Origin: the human T2T-CHM13v2.0 reference genome, Homo sapiens | DNA length: 64,000 nt | Direction: 5' to 3' (one strand) | Assembly: GCF_009914755.1 (NCBI RefSeq) | Contig: NC_060927.1 | Shown: one piece after another, positions 1 through 14,249 of the stretch | Layout of the letters: every line of letters starts with the position of its first letter | Numbering within the stretch: the first letter of the stretch is position 1 | The notes under the pieces: generated by a model | Seen by the model: the letters and a program-made list of their open reading frames with translations, nothing else | The model's database searches: none | Told to the model about the DNA's origin: nothing | Translations under genes and position numbers: made by a program

Positions 1-199
1 TCACTTCCAACAGCTGATCGTGGGGTTGGAACTCCAACTCAGGTTGGAGTTTGAAAGATTATTCTCTAGGGAATCTGATAGAGCCAAGAGGAAAGACTGA
101 AAGACACTGACATTGTGGGTTTCTCAACTAAATAGTCTGGCCAGATGACCCTACAGTGAAGTCCAAAGTCAAACAGTTATTGCCTATATTGTTACCTTT

Positions 200-990
200 A
201 TTAGTGTCCCACACTTAAATATGAACAGAACAAAGGATGAAAGAAACTTCTAACATGAAAGAAATAAAAATAGCAACTTGGATAGACTATGTAAGATAAA
301 CACATCCCCCTAAATTATCATTAGTATCCTTAGATGAGAGAAGATATGGTACAAATGATACAGGAACAAGGTGCAAAGTATTTAGATGATCAGGAATTCT
401 TGCAAATGGAGATGGTAATAGAAATGAAAATCTTAATAGAAGTGTTGGAAAATAAAGTTGAAAGAAATCATCCAGAGAATAGAGCAGAAAACTAAAATAG
501 TAGATAACTGGAGAAAGAAGATAAAGGACAAATCCAGATGGTTCAACTTCCAAATAATAGGAGTTCCAGATAGTCCAGGAAAAACAAACCAAACAAGGAA
601 GTAACCAGATTCTTCAAGGACATTTCCCAGAACTGAAAATGTGAGTTTTCATTTTGAAAGAGTCCACTAAAAACTCAGCACAAGGGATGAGAACAGATTC
701 ACATTAAGGCACACTGTGAAATTTTACAAGCTAGGAGACACTGGAGCAATACCTTAAAATGTTGAAAGACAATTCTAACTTTAGACTTCTTTACCAAGTT
801 AAACTATCGATTAAGAGTATATGTGTAGCTTCCCACAATTATATGCCCTTTGCTTTGTCATTTTTATAAAGAATATAATTTTGATAAGGAACATTTTCAG
901 AAATGAAAGTTCTCAAAATTTACCTTTGCCGTACCCTTTGCAAAACTACTGGAAGATGTTCTTCTAACCACAGCAAGAGAGTAAGTTTAA
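200..990 (+). mobile_element. Old L1M fragment (ORF1-like region)
   Basis: A-rich, with degraded L1 ORF1-like phrases (aataggagttccaga, aaactatc...acattttcag). Confidence 0.5.
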
Positions 991-1002
991 AAATAATTGA
1001 TG

Positions 1003-1180
1003 ACAGTGTTTTAAACTGTCATGTGCATCAGAATTACTGGAGGGCTTGTTAAAGCAAATTGTTGGACTCCACATTCAAGATTTCTGATTCAGTGGGTGAT
1101 TATAGGGTAGGGCCTAAGAAATTGCATTTCTATTAAATTCTCAGGTGGTCCTGTTGTTGATCCATAGACACTTTAGAACT
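1003..1180. mobile_element. MER5A-like hAT-Charlie MITE
   Basis: gcatcagaatta..ctggagggcttgttaaa..tttctgattcagt..tgcatttcta motifs. Confidence 0.7.
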
Positions 1181-2315
1181 AGTGAGCTATAGCATACAGG
1201 AAACAGTGGATTAATACAGAATAAAGAAATTAAGAGACTTTGTAGTATAATGATGAAGGAAGAGCCTAGGAAGGGAGCTGTATGTGCAGTAAGTCTAGAG
1301 ACAATCATGTCAGATTCTAGGAGATACATCTTTAAGAAGATGAAATTGATAGAATACCTCATGAATATGAATGTATCTAGAGGAACTTTAGATAACTAGT
1401 GGAAAGTTGGCGGTTGAATTTGTGAAAATACATAGGAAATTAAGCATCAGGAGAAACATACTTATTAACTTCAGGGTTGGGAGTTAGAGGAAAGGGTAAG
1501 TTTTAATATATTGCATGGCCCAGTTGTGAAGAGTTAACATCTAACCAAGATGACTATCTAACAATATTGGGAAGTTGGTGGGATGGAAGATGTCTGCGTG
1601 CAGTGGGGATGAATGCTAAGAGCAAAATCTGATTCACGTAATTGACTAAAACTGAAAAGAAATAACAATGTTAGCATGTTGTTTAGGAATATGATGGTAA
1701 TGGACTTAAAAGTGAGGGAGAGGAAAATGGGGGTGGAGGCTGAATTTCCTAACAAGCCTGGTGGAACTATTTGACTCCTTAAAGTGAAGATGAATGGGAA
1801 TTAACCATAGACTTAAACTGCAGATTACCAGTAACTAGTTAAAGCACCTCTTAGAGTCTTTGGCATACAGTAGGTGCTTACTAAAAGTATACATCATCTA
1901 TTGTGGGCAGAGGCAACAAGAGAATGGAATTCCAGCCATGAATTTACTCTGATGATGGAGATCTGAGTGTTAAAACATTAAATATTTACATATTCTACCA
2001 AAGCATAGAAAAATGTTGAAATTTAACTTTGACCCTTAACATTTAAGTAGTAGTCGCAATCTTGGCTGCAAATCAGAATACATAGCTTTTAAAAACCAAT
2101 CTTGTTTCATATGCTACACTTGGGAGAGTTTTTTTAAACGGTGCCTGGGTAATTTAGTTTCATCTGGTAAAAACCAGCCTGTAAGCATCCTCCTCTTTGA
2201 AACGATTAGTAATGATTATATTTTGGTGTTTATTTTCTGTGATGATGTATGTCTATTTGTATTACTAATACCTAAAAGACTGTAAGCTTTAAAACATATT
2301 TTTCTTTGTTTTAAG

Positions 2316-2361
2316 CCGCTTGATGGCATTGAAACGAATGGGAATTGTAAGCGACTATGAG
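2316..2361 (+). CDS. UBA5: UBA5 exon 2 (RLMALKRMGIVSDYE); ATG at 2323 = Met57, start of the short isoform
   Basis: ttaag|C ... GAG|gtatga; 46 nt. Confidence 0.95.
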
Positions 2362-2476
2362 GTATGATAAACCCTTTCCAAGTTTTTGTAAGATTAATTC
2401 AGTAAATTAAAATAACTTCTGGTGACATATTTGATGAAGAGCTATTAACCAACATATACTATTTTATATTTCACAG

Positions 2477-2566
2477 AAAATCCGTACCTTTGCCGTAGCA
2501 ATAGTAGGTGTTGGTGGAGTAGGTAGTGTGACTGCTGAAATGCTGACAAGATGTGGCATTGGTAAG
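2477..2566 (+). CDS. UBA5: UBA5 exon 3 ([30 protein letters not shown]; nucleotide-binding loop)
   Basis: cacag|AAA ... AAG|gtaaaa; 90 nt. Confidence 0.96.
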
Positions 2567-3414
2567 GTAAAAACATTTCTCTTTGCCTGTCATATAGGGA
2601 ACTACTCACTCCTGGAGTAAATCAGGTACAAGTTAGGATTTTTTTTCTTTACCAGTGGCTTATTGACTTGCAGTGTATTAATCTAGATTGTTCTTTCTAC
2701 TCGGGTTGAGACATATCCCCACCCAAACAAAAGGTGATATTAGACAAAGATTGTCTAATTGTGTTTAGAAACGTTTTTGTTTGAAGTAATATGCAAACAA
2801 TTTGGACTTAGGTGTTTTAGATATAGAAACTTAGGAAAGAAGGCTGTTAATTTGATAAAGTGTGTGAAACACTGAAACATCTAACAAATATTTTATTAAA
2901 CATATACCAGGCAGAATAGAAAACATGTACCTTTCCTACTCTTGATTTTGAACTAGAGAATGCTCTGGATGGATTTTTAAAAATTGGTACTCTTTTACTT
3001 TTTTCTAAAATTCATTTAGATTATGGGTTAGAAAGAAGTAACTTTCTTGTACCAGAATTCAGTCTACCAATCTTAGATTTATAAAGCCAGAGTCTATGAT
3101 GTTAGATACATAATGGTTGAATGAATAAGCTTTCCACAATTATATATCCTTTAATTTGTTGTTCTGGTAAAGGAAGCATTCTCCCACAGTTTACCAATGC
3201 TTTCTAATATGTTGGTCTACCCCAAATTCTTAAAAGAAGGTGATTTCAAAATTGGCACTCACTTATCAATATAGAAATAACACCACCAAAATACTAAAAA
3301 TATTTATTGAAATTTTAATACCTTTCAAAAGATTTACAAAACCTGGACAAAAATTGCTTATAGCTGACTTAAGCACCCTGACTGCTTGACCAGGGATAAT
3401 AGAGATTATTGAGA

Positions 3415-3995
3415 TTAGTGGCTCTCAAGTTTGAGTATGTTATCACAATTAGTTGGAAGCCTTATTAAAGCACAGATTAACAGATCCTACTCTGGTGGTT
3501 TTGATTTTTATAGGTGTCAGGTGGACTTCATAATTGACATTGCTAACAAGCTCCCAGGTGATCCTGATGCTGATGTTGCTAGGATTACACCAGTAAGAAC
3601 CACTGGATCCTTGCTCTACTCCAAGTCTAGTCCCTGAAGTAGTAACATCAGTATCAGCTCTCAATACCTACCTCAGACATACTGAATCAGAATGTGTATT
3701 TTAACACAATCCCCAAATGATTCATTTGCATATTAAAGTTGGAGAAGTGCTCTTGCATCTCTAACAAGCTTCAGGTGATGCTAATGCAGCTAGACCACGA
3801 CATTTTGAGTAGCAAAGAGGTAGAACAGTAGTTATATATTGCTGTAGTTAGAATCACCTGGGAAGTTTTAAAAAATTCTGGTGTCCAGACTGCACCCCAT
3901 AATAAGTGTCTCTGGGGATGAGGCACAAACATCTGTATTTTTAAAAATTCTCCAAGTGATTCCAGTGTGCCCTCAAGTTTGTAAACTGAGAATCT
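3415..3995. mobile_element. Cluster of MER5A/MER5B-like MITEs
   Basis: Repeated aacaagctcccaggtgat / actgaatcagaa / agaatcacctgg motifs. Confidence 0.65.
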
Positions 3996-4647
3996 ACACA
4001 GGTAAGTTTCAGGAAGTCTTTCTTTAATTTGTAAAACAGATAAATACGAAGTGAATTAATGAGGTTAAATAGGAAAGTAGAAGATGTTAGGAAACCCAGA
4101 GTCCATTTCTTATCCCTGAAAGCCTTTGGATCTCTTTAAAGTATCTGGGGTGCCTTGGATCACCAGATCTATATTCGCTGCTTTATTTTAGAGATGAAGA
4201 TACAGGCCTAAAAAGTGAAAGTGATTTACCCACAATCAGAGCTAATTAGTGGCAGAGTTACAGCTCAGACCTTCTGTTCCCAAGTTTAATGTTTCCCGCA
4301 ACTTATGTATAAACAAGCTATGAGGCAGAAACTCATTTAATACTTGGCCTGACCTAATAAATATTGATGAGCTTAAAGAAACTATGTTTTGGAGACTCTT
4401 ACGTAGGATTAGAAAATTTTGGAGAGTGTGAGATCTTTTCTAGTATTAAGGGCTATCTAGGTGTTATGGGTTAGGTTAATTTTTTTTCTTTTTAGTTTTT
4501 TATTGAAAAGAAAATCCCATTTTTGTTTTTATTGTTTAGTGTGCTGAGAATTGTATTAAAGAGTCACAGAATTTCATATGAAGAAGGGACAGGAAGTCCT
4601 TGGCTCTAGCCTGTTCTTACTGATAAGAAATGTGATCTAATGGCCAT

Positions 4648-4651
<4 letters not shown>

Positions 4652-4686
<35 letters not shown>
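4652..4686 (+). repeat. (GT)n microsatellite, ~17 units
   Basis: Directly visible. Confidence 0.97.
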
Positions 4687-4687
<1 letters not shown>

Positions 4688-4984
4688 CAAATGCTTTTTG
4701 AAACAGGCTTAAGTGTATAGCAGGAAACAACAATTAACTGGTTTGTAATTCTATTTGGAATAATGTTTTAGCCATGTCACTGGTATATATTTTGTCATAT
4801 ACACAAAAGGAGTCAGGTTATACTATATTTTAAGTTACAGCACTTGTTTTCATCTTATTTAAAGATTTCATTTATCCAATGGATTCCTGGCTTTTAGCAA
4901 AAAAATGGAAATGAAGTAGGATTTTGCCACAGATTTAAAAAATGGAATGAAAGGGAATTAATCTTAATTTCTGAGTAAATTATT

Positions 4985-5205
4985 TAGAGAGGCAGCACAG
5001 CATTGTGGTTGAGGTGCAGATGCTGGATTGAGAATGCTTGAATTTGAATCCCATTTTCACTTCATATTAGATGAGTGGCCTTTGGACAAGTGTTGTAGTT
5101 GCCTCATTTTAAAAATAAGGATAATAGTACCTACATGCCTCACATGAGCATTCAATGAATTAATATATGGCACCTAGTGTTGTAGAGTTAGCTAATATTA
5201 TTATC
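4985..5205 (+). mobile_element. MIR SINE
   Basis: ttgaatccca...ggacaagt...cctcatttt..aaaataaggataatagtacctac core. Confidence 0.65.
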
Positions 5206-5306
5206 AAACTGCTAAACTAATTAAATGTAAAGCTCTCTAATTTATTTTTTGATATGTTTAGTTTTTTGGTATGTTTTTCATCAGAATACCACTATTTTCA
5301 TTTTAG

Positions 5307-5417
<111 letters not shown>

Positions 5418-5546
5418 TAAATGGAATAGCAATCAAGTACCATATTCAGTGAAATCTTACTTTATGTATTTGATATGAGTTAATATAAATGAATCTTAAT
5501 TTTTCTCTATAAAATGCAGTTTTCACTTGTACAAAGAATTCTCTTA

Positions 5547-6200
5547 CCTGTTGGACATGGGTTGGCAAACTTTTTATGTATAGGTTAGATAATAAATATT
5601 TTAGTCTTTGAGGGCCAGATATTCTGTTGGAACTGTTAGTTGCAGTTTGATAGCAGCTGTAGGCAAAACAAACATGAATGAGCATGTCTGTGCTCCAAGA
5701 AAATTCTATTTTTGGACTCTGAAATTTGAATTTCATACAATTTTTAATTTTTTTAATTAAAAAATAAAATTTTTTTGAGACAGTCTCACTCTGTCACCCA
5801 GATTGGAGTGTAGTGACACAATCTCGGCTCACTGCACCTCCGCCTCCCGGGCTCAAGCTATCTTCGCATCTCAGCCTCCTGAGTAGCTAGGACTACAGGC
5901 ACGTGCCACCATGCCTGGCTAATGTTTTGCATTTTTAGCAGAGATGGGGTTTTGCCACATTGCCCAGGCTGGTCTCAAACTCTTGGGACTCAAGCCATCT
6001 GCCCACCTAGCCCTCCCAAAGTGCTAGCATTGCAGGCATGAGTCACTGTTCCTGGCTGATAAAATTTTTATAGTCATAAATGTTCTTTTGATTTCTTTTC
6101 CCAACCACTTAAAAATGAAAAAAAATTCTTAGTCTGAAGGCTGCACAAAAACAGGTGGTGGGCCAGATTTGGCCCATGGGCCACAGTTCACCAATCCCTG
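5547..6200. mobile_element. MER58-like hAT element interrupted by an antisense Alu (~5770-6056)
   Basis: gggttggcaaacttttt start, ggccagatttggccc...ccctg end; full Alu dimer between. Confidence 0.75.
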
Positions 6201-6522
6201 CTTTAGGAATTTCCTTTGTGGCCCCAAATTTGTTAACTGAGTAAGGAAGTGAGGCTGAGTTGTAGGTAGTTACTGGACATGGTTAAGTCTTAATTCCCAA
6301 CACTTAGATTGATTGGGGTGGGAACAGTTTTGTAATCTTTATGACAAAAATGAACCTAGTCCTTGAAGTGTGAGATAAAAGAGACAGAAAAGGACTTTGG
6401 GTTTTCTTTGAATAGCTTGAATTCGCTTCTCTAAGGTATGTTAAATGCCCTTTAGCTCTTTCATCTCTTTTCCTCACAGTTTTTTCTTACTACAGCTACT
6501 AGTAGTAGTCTTTTTAAAAACA

Positions 6523-6774
<252 letters not shown>

Positions 6775-7453
6775 TAAAATTTTAATTTATGAATATTTTG
6801 TATAATGTCCAGCTCAAGTATTAGAAAATTATTAGAAAAATCTATGGATTAATCCAATGAATGGAAGATTGATATATATTTTTCCATTTTTTTAGTACAG
6901 CAATTTTTGTGTAATTTTTATGTATTAGAATATCATTTAAAGGTATATATTGTCCAAAAACAATTAAAAATAAAAAGCAAACAAGCAAAAAACCCCTGTA
7001 AGTTACAATATAAGAAGAGAATGTCAACTTTAAGTTCTGTGTTCTAGATTATATTTCTGTCTGAAAATGGTTTTCTTCAGAGACTGTCAGACCACCACTG
7101 AAATAATGAGTTGCATTCAATTAGCTTTTATTACATTTGTAATGAAGCATGAATAAAAATGTGAAAGCTGGTAGTGAAAAAATAACTGTTGTGAACATAC
7201 TTTATACTTCCTTCACCCTTGTAGTTCTTGTAAAATAAGTAATACTACAATGATACTGTAGTATCATTGATGTTATATTCATAAGTTACTCAATACTTGA
7301 TATATATGATATCTTTAATATTACATATTTATTATGTAATAATTATAGTCAAACATTTAATGAAAGAATAAGTGTTGGACTGAACAAGTAAGTATAATGT
7401 ATTAGAGTGTATTTTGTGTCCTGATGTTTTTCAAACTTATTTTCTTTGACTAG

Positions 7454-7538
7454 TAATGGTGGGTTAGAAGAAGGAAAACCTGTTGATCTAGTTCTTAGCT
7501 GTGTGGACAATTTTGAAGCTCGAATGACAATAAATACA
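7454..7538 (+). CDS. UBA5: UBA5 exon 6 ([28 protein letters not shown])
   Basis: actag|T ... ACA|gtgagt; 85 nt; within ORF 7446..7664. Confidence 0.96.
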
Positions 7539-8169
7539 GTGAGTATTCCTGCTGTGCAAGATATATTCATGGATTTATCTGTTTTCCTGTATATTCTATC
7601 AGTATATAATCCCCATCCTAAAAACAGTTCTGAATGTAAACCCTTTTCTGTGTTTTATTTGTAATGTTCTCTTAGCCTACTCTTAAAATCTATTCTAATA
7701 GCTGTGGGACCTAGACTGTCTAGCCTTGCTGCTGTGACATGTGTTACAGTATCCTACTCTTTTTGCTGGTAAACTATAAAACAGCAAATACCTCTGATGT
7801 ATAATTCTTAAATTAGTATCTTATAATCTTGGTCAGCATTAGTTTTAGCTTTTGTTATTTTATAAATGTATAAATATGTATAAATTGCCTGAAAACCTGG
7901 TTTCTCAAAAAAAAATTATTTTCCTTTTGAATATTGTTTTTAACTTTTCAGATGATATTTTGGCATTTTTTTTGTTCCTGAAATGATTTTAGAAAAGTGA
8001 AATTTCACATTAATTTGACAAGAAATCCAATAAACTTTGATTCAATTTAATAATATTTACTGACTGCGTCTTGAATACTGTCACTCTACTCTTTAAATAG
8101 AGTATGGTAATTACCAAGGAATTCCATTATCTTACAACTTGCCTCATTTGTTCTGAAAATTAATTTTAA

Positions 8170-8421
<252 letters not shown>

Positions 8422-8538
8422 TAGGGGCATTGAAAATGTATTACAATTCAAAGAAAAAGCAAACTTGGATGGAATACTATTTGGAACATCTCATACTTTT
8501 TCTCTTTTTTTTTGAAATGTGTTTTATTTTTCATGTAG

Positions 8539-8667
<129 letters not shown>

Positions 8668-9839
8668 TAAGTCAGGGCTAATTTTTCTGAATAGTCTTGT
8701 ATGCTTTCAGTAAACATAAATATATTTCACAAAGCATTTCAGAAACTGAAATTACAAGCTAAGTATATAATTTAGTTACTTTAAACTTAAATGTAGTTTT
8801 AAATGTTTTATATATGTATATGTGCAAATTCTATTTTATATATGTATGTCTACTTTTCATATATATTGCTATATTAAATATTACATATAATACATGTGTG
8901 CATATTCATACGTGAATATATGTGAATGTCAGTTACTCCCTGCATTTGGAATAGCTTTTATTAAATGATACAATGGTAGTGGCATATTTATTTATGAAAC
9001 ATTAACTGAATGATTTAAATCTTTGCAAGTCTGTCCAGTGGATGGAGACTTAAACACACTTGTTTCTACTATCTTGATTTAAGTCTTACCAAAAATAAAC
9101 CAATGTGACTAAACAGTAATTATTGTTAATGTAATTAAACATTAGTGTTACTGTAAATTTTACATTTACATAAAATGTTAACATTTATATTAGTGTTAAT
9201 ATAAAACACATTAACAGTACTTAAAAAAGATTCTTGAAATCTGCTTTTAGATACCTCTGCTATCCAAAAACAAATATCCAGCAACTGTACTATCTAAACT
9301 GTAGCTAAAAAGAAGGAAAAAGATTTCTTTGCTGCTGAAATTTATGTCACAGTTTATGAATCAACTCATACTTTATTAAAAGCAGAGCCCCTTTAGGTGT
9401 TCTCTAATTCAGGCTATTTATTTTCCCTCATTTTACAACTTTAATAAGCTTAGTTGTATTCCCTAAGCCTCCAATATAATAAGAACAAACTGCAACAAGA
9501 CACAAGGAGGTACCAATCAATAAGAAGTGTCAGTTGCGAGCAAAGAAATTGAAAAAAGCATACATATAAACTCTCAAAGTAATGGTCTAGGGCTATTTCA
9601 TATAAGAGCAAATAGCCTGTTTAGACAGTAGTAGGCCCTGTCTAAACAAAACATTTTATAGTATGATACAAAAAAGGAGAAAAGAATCATGGCTAACAAA
9701 GTATTCCCTTAAGGATGTGTCCTATTTAGCTAGCCCCTCTATTGATGGTCATTTAGGCTACTTAATTCTTTTCTTTTTTATTAACAATGCTATAGGCTAC
9801 ATCTTGTATATATCTTTGAATACTAGATTGATCACTCTT

Positions 9840-10455
9840 CTTTTTGTTTTTTTGGAGACAAGGTCTCACTGTGTTGCCCAAGCTGAAGTTCAGTGGCTCA
9901 GTCATGGCTCACTGCAGCCTCAACCTCCTGAGCTCAAGTGATCCTCCCACCTCAGCCTTCCAAGTAGTTGGAAGTACGAGTGTATGCCACAATGCCTGGC
10001 TAATTTTTGTATTTTTTGTAGAGACAAGGTTTCACCATGTTGCTCAGGCTGTTCTTGAACTCCTGAGCTCAAGTAATCTGCCCACCTCAGCCTCCCAAAG
10101 TGTTGGGATTACAGGCGTGAGCCACTGTGCCCAGCCTAGAGTTTTCTATAGTACTTTTTTTTTTTTTTTTTAAACAGGGTTTCACTCTGTCACCCAGGCT
10201 GGAGTGCAGAGGCACAAAGGCACAATCTCGGCTAACTGCAGTCTTCCAGGTTCAAGTGATCCTCCTACCTCAGCCTCCCAGGTAGCTGTGACTACAAGCA
10301 CCCACCACCACGCCCAGCTAATGTTTTTGTATTTTTTGTAGAAACAAAGTCTCCTTGTTTTCCAGGCTGGTCTTGAACTCCTGGGCTCGAGCAGTCTGCC
10401 CATATCGACCTTCTAAAGTGCTAGGAGTTACAGGCATGAGCCACTGCACACGGCC
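9840..10455 (-). mobile_element. Two tandem antisense AluJ-like elements (~9840-10136, ~10155-10455)
   Basis: Alu consensus; CTATAGTAC direct repeat flanks the second copy. Confidence 0.9.
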
Positions 10456-10802
10456 TATAGTACACATTTTTTAAAGTAGAATTTCTGAATTTACGAAATA
10501 TTTACTAAATTTCTCCTGCAAAAGGATTATACATTTGTATCATAGTTTAGGAGTACCTGGTTCACCCATACCTTTGATAACTTTGAGTATCATCAAACTC
10601 TGTAATCTGTCATTCTGGTGGGTAAAAAACAGGCATTTAATTTTTCTTTTTATTTGTGAAAAAGGTTGAACACTTACATTCTTCTGTGAATTATCTGCTA
10701 ATAGTTGTTGCTCTTTTTTGTCTTGTATATTAAGAATGTGTATTTGCAAATATTTTTGTCATTTATCTTTTTTATGTGATTTTCTCTGTATAGAAGCTTT
10801 TA

Positions 10803-10879
10803 TTATGTTAGTGCAAAGGTAATTGTGGATTTTGCCATTACTTTTAACAAAAACTGCAATTACTTTTGCGCCAACCTAA
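10803..10879. mobile_element. MADE1 (Hsmar1-derived MITE)
   Basis: ttatgttagtgcaaaggtaattg...caattacttttgcgccaacctaa near-palindrome flanked by TA on both sides. Confidence 0.9.
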
Positions 10880-10891
10880 TAAAAGACATCA

Positions 10892-11170
<279 letters not shown>

Positions 11171-11717
11171 GTATCAGATTTGACTGGGAAGAGGGCAGGA
11201 GGGAGCTGGAGGCACATGGGATGCTGAAAATGTTCTGTATCTTGATCTGGTGATGGTTACATGAAAGGCTCATACAAAATTTTATTGAGCTATACATTTA
11301 AGATTGTGCATTTTATAGTAAGTTACATACAAAATGTTAAAATTAAGTAGCTTTCTTAATTATCTCAGGGATTTAAAAAATACACTTCTCCCACATTTTA
11401 GCTTCTCTGAAATCAGCATGCTTCTTGAAGTTGTTGACGTGTAATTGTTTAGCTGCCAGCATTTTATCTTTATTAGAGGTTCAAAAAAATAGTGTGTTCT
11501 ACAGTTGATGAAATGGAGTAATCTTTTCTTTCCTTCATTCAATAAACACTGAAGTATCTACTATGAGCCAGGCACTGTAAATAAGATAAAATTTCTGTTT
11601 TCTGGATGCAGATTTCTGTTTTCTGGTTAAAAAAAATATATAATTACCTATTTCAACGTTATTTTTAAAAAATTTAGGTGTTCTAGTATTTTTCATGTTT
11701 TAAATTTCTTTATTTAA

Positions 11718-11915
<198 letters not shown>

Positions 11916-12085
11916 TAGGACAATACATAAACAGATTTGGAATACAAGATAAATGGTTAATTTATTCACCATACTTCAAAAATGAATGTTCTTTCTTGCT
12001 TTTGGTAAGATAAAAAGCCTGTCTGAATTCTTGATTAATGCTTTAGAGAACTGAGAATGAGTAAGAACACTTTGATGCTGTTTGA

Positions 12086-12190
<105 letters not shown>

Positions 12191-12287
12191 TGAAATGGCA
12201 GCATAAAACAAAACCTTTTATGGTAGCAAATCTAATAAGATTATACAAATTGAATAATTATTGCTTATTAAATTCCTTAAAAACTGA

Positions 12288-12476
<189 letters not shown>

Positions 12477-12932
12477 TAATTTGTAATGCCAATGAAGTAT
12501 TTCCTGTTTTAGATATTTTATGCTATAGGCATTAAGATGTGAGAGAGAGGTATGCAGTGTTAATATGCAAATATTTATAGCTTAAACTTTTAAAACATAG
12601 AATAAAATGGTTTTGTTCACTCATTAATGAACCAAGTATAGTAGATTTTGATTAAATGAAGATCTCATTTTTGTTTATCGGTAGTTTTAGCTACGATGTC
12701 GTTTAAAAAGCTAGAGCTGTCAAGAATATTGAAATTACTGCCTTGTAAATCAAAAGACTGGTGAGGAATGTAAAAGACTCTGTCTTTCTTCTAAAAATTA
12801 GAAGATAGTTGTTAAAGAAAATTTACTTTATAACCTTGTTGAGCATGGTCAAAACTTGCTGATTATATATTCCTAAGCATCAAGAATTCTATATGGTTCT
12901 TTTTTCACTGTATTTCCCTTATTTGTCAATAG

Positions 12933-13016
12933 CAAGAAGATTCTGTCACTGAGTTAACAGTGGAAGATTCTGGTGAAAGCTTGGAAGACCTCATGGCCAA
13001 AATGAAGAATATGTAG
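12933..13016 (+). CDS. UBA5: UBA5 exon 12 coding part (QEDSVTELTVEDSGESLEDLMAKMKNM*; UFC1-binding tail)
   Basis: aatag|CAA ... ATG TAG (stop 13014-13016); 84 nt. Confidence 0.96.
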   Translation, partial: QEDSVTELTVEDSGESLEDLMAKMKNM

Positions 13017-13378
13017 ATAATGGACTGGGATATATTGTATTTCTCATGTTAAAGCCTCTTCCCTTGAAATTAAAAAAAAATTTTAACTGATAAAACTTAG
13101 GGCAACATTAATTAATGTATATTCTTACCTGAATTGTTATACTTTTTGAAAATCCTGTGACTTGCCTGTTTCTCCCCGCTCCAACGAAATCATTAACTCT
13201 CCTAAAATGTGTTTCATTCTAGTAAGAAAACCTCAAAGGATATTGTAGGATATAAATCTTACTTGAAAACATAGCTGTTGAAATGTTTTGGCCTTTTGGA
13301 GTGGGGGAAGGACAAATCTGATCCTGTAATCTTTTTCTTTCCAGTAATCCCTTGTGTCTGTTGCATGAGGACATGGAC

Positions 13379-14249
13379 AATAAAGTAGTATATGATCCTC
13401 AGATACAGGGAGAAGGACAAGGCATACAGCTTATTGATTAGAGCTGGCAAGCATCTTCTCATTATGTTTGGAATTGCTTTCTATAAGAAAATTGCCCACT
13501 ACTACTAACTTGATCAACAATGAATTCAAAATAGTTAACCTATGAAATAACATCCTCTCAAATGTTTGCTGATGAAGTACAAGTTGAAATGTAGTTATTG
13601 GAAAAGTCTGTAACCTGTGGATCATATATATTCAAAGTGAGACAAAGGCAAATAAAAAGCAGCTATTTTCATGAATAGACAAAGTTGATTTCAGGAAGTA
13701 TAAATTATATTCTGCACCGAACAAGGAACAGAAATTATTGCATCTGTGGAACATATATCTGGAGTTACTATACTTTACTGAAGAGCAAGGCATAAATTTA
13801 GACTAAAATCCATCCAGATTACACTCATTCTTTAGGCTACTCCTGGATACTTCATTTAAATTTGATTTTCGAGGTAGTGAGATGTCGGCAAGGTTTGTCC
13901 TGTATATTAGGAATAAAGGAAAAGTTCTAAACTGCCTCTGCAATGACTTGTAGTCAGTGGAAGAGTATCACTTTCCCCTGATCATGACCACTAAACTGTA
14001 AATTGATATAAATTAGTTTTCTCTCGAGTTACACCCAAGTAATGAAGACTTAAGAGAACCTTGGTTGAAATAAATTTCCAATAGTTTGGAGACTCATAAA
14101 TACCATGCAGGTGTAACCACTGCCAATAGGCTGTTTCTATGCTTATTTCCTATTTTGATTTTTACTTTGAAGATAGGAATATCTAAATTATATCTCTAGG
14201 GAGAAAATGTTGTAAAAAATTAAAAGTACATCCCTGATTGTAAAATAAA
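13379..14249 (+). terminator. Cluster of candidate UBA5 polyadenylation signals
   Basis: AATAAA at 13379, 13651, 13912 and 14244; which are used cannot be read from sequence. Confidence 0.55.

Noticed and set aside
8800-9220. AT-rich quasi-palindromic stretches
   Set aside because: Low-complexity sequence; pairing is expected by chance
11591-11626. 15-bp direct repeat ATTTCTGTTTTCTGG
   Set aside because: Simple local duplication, over 100 nt from the exon 9 acceptor, with no evident function
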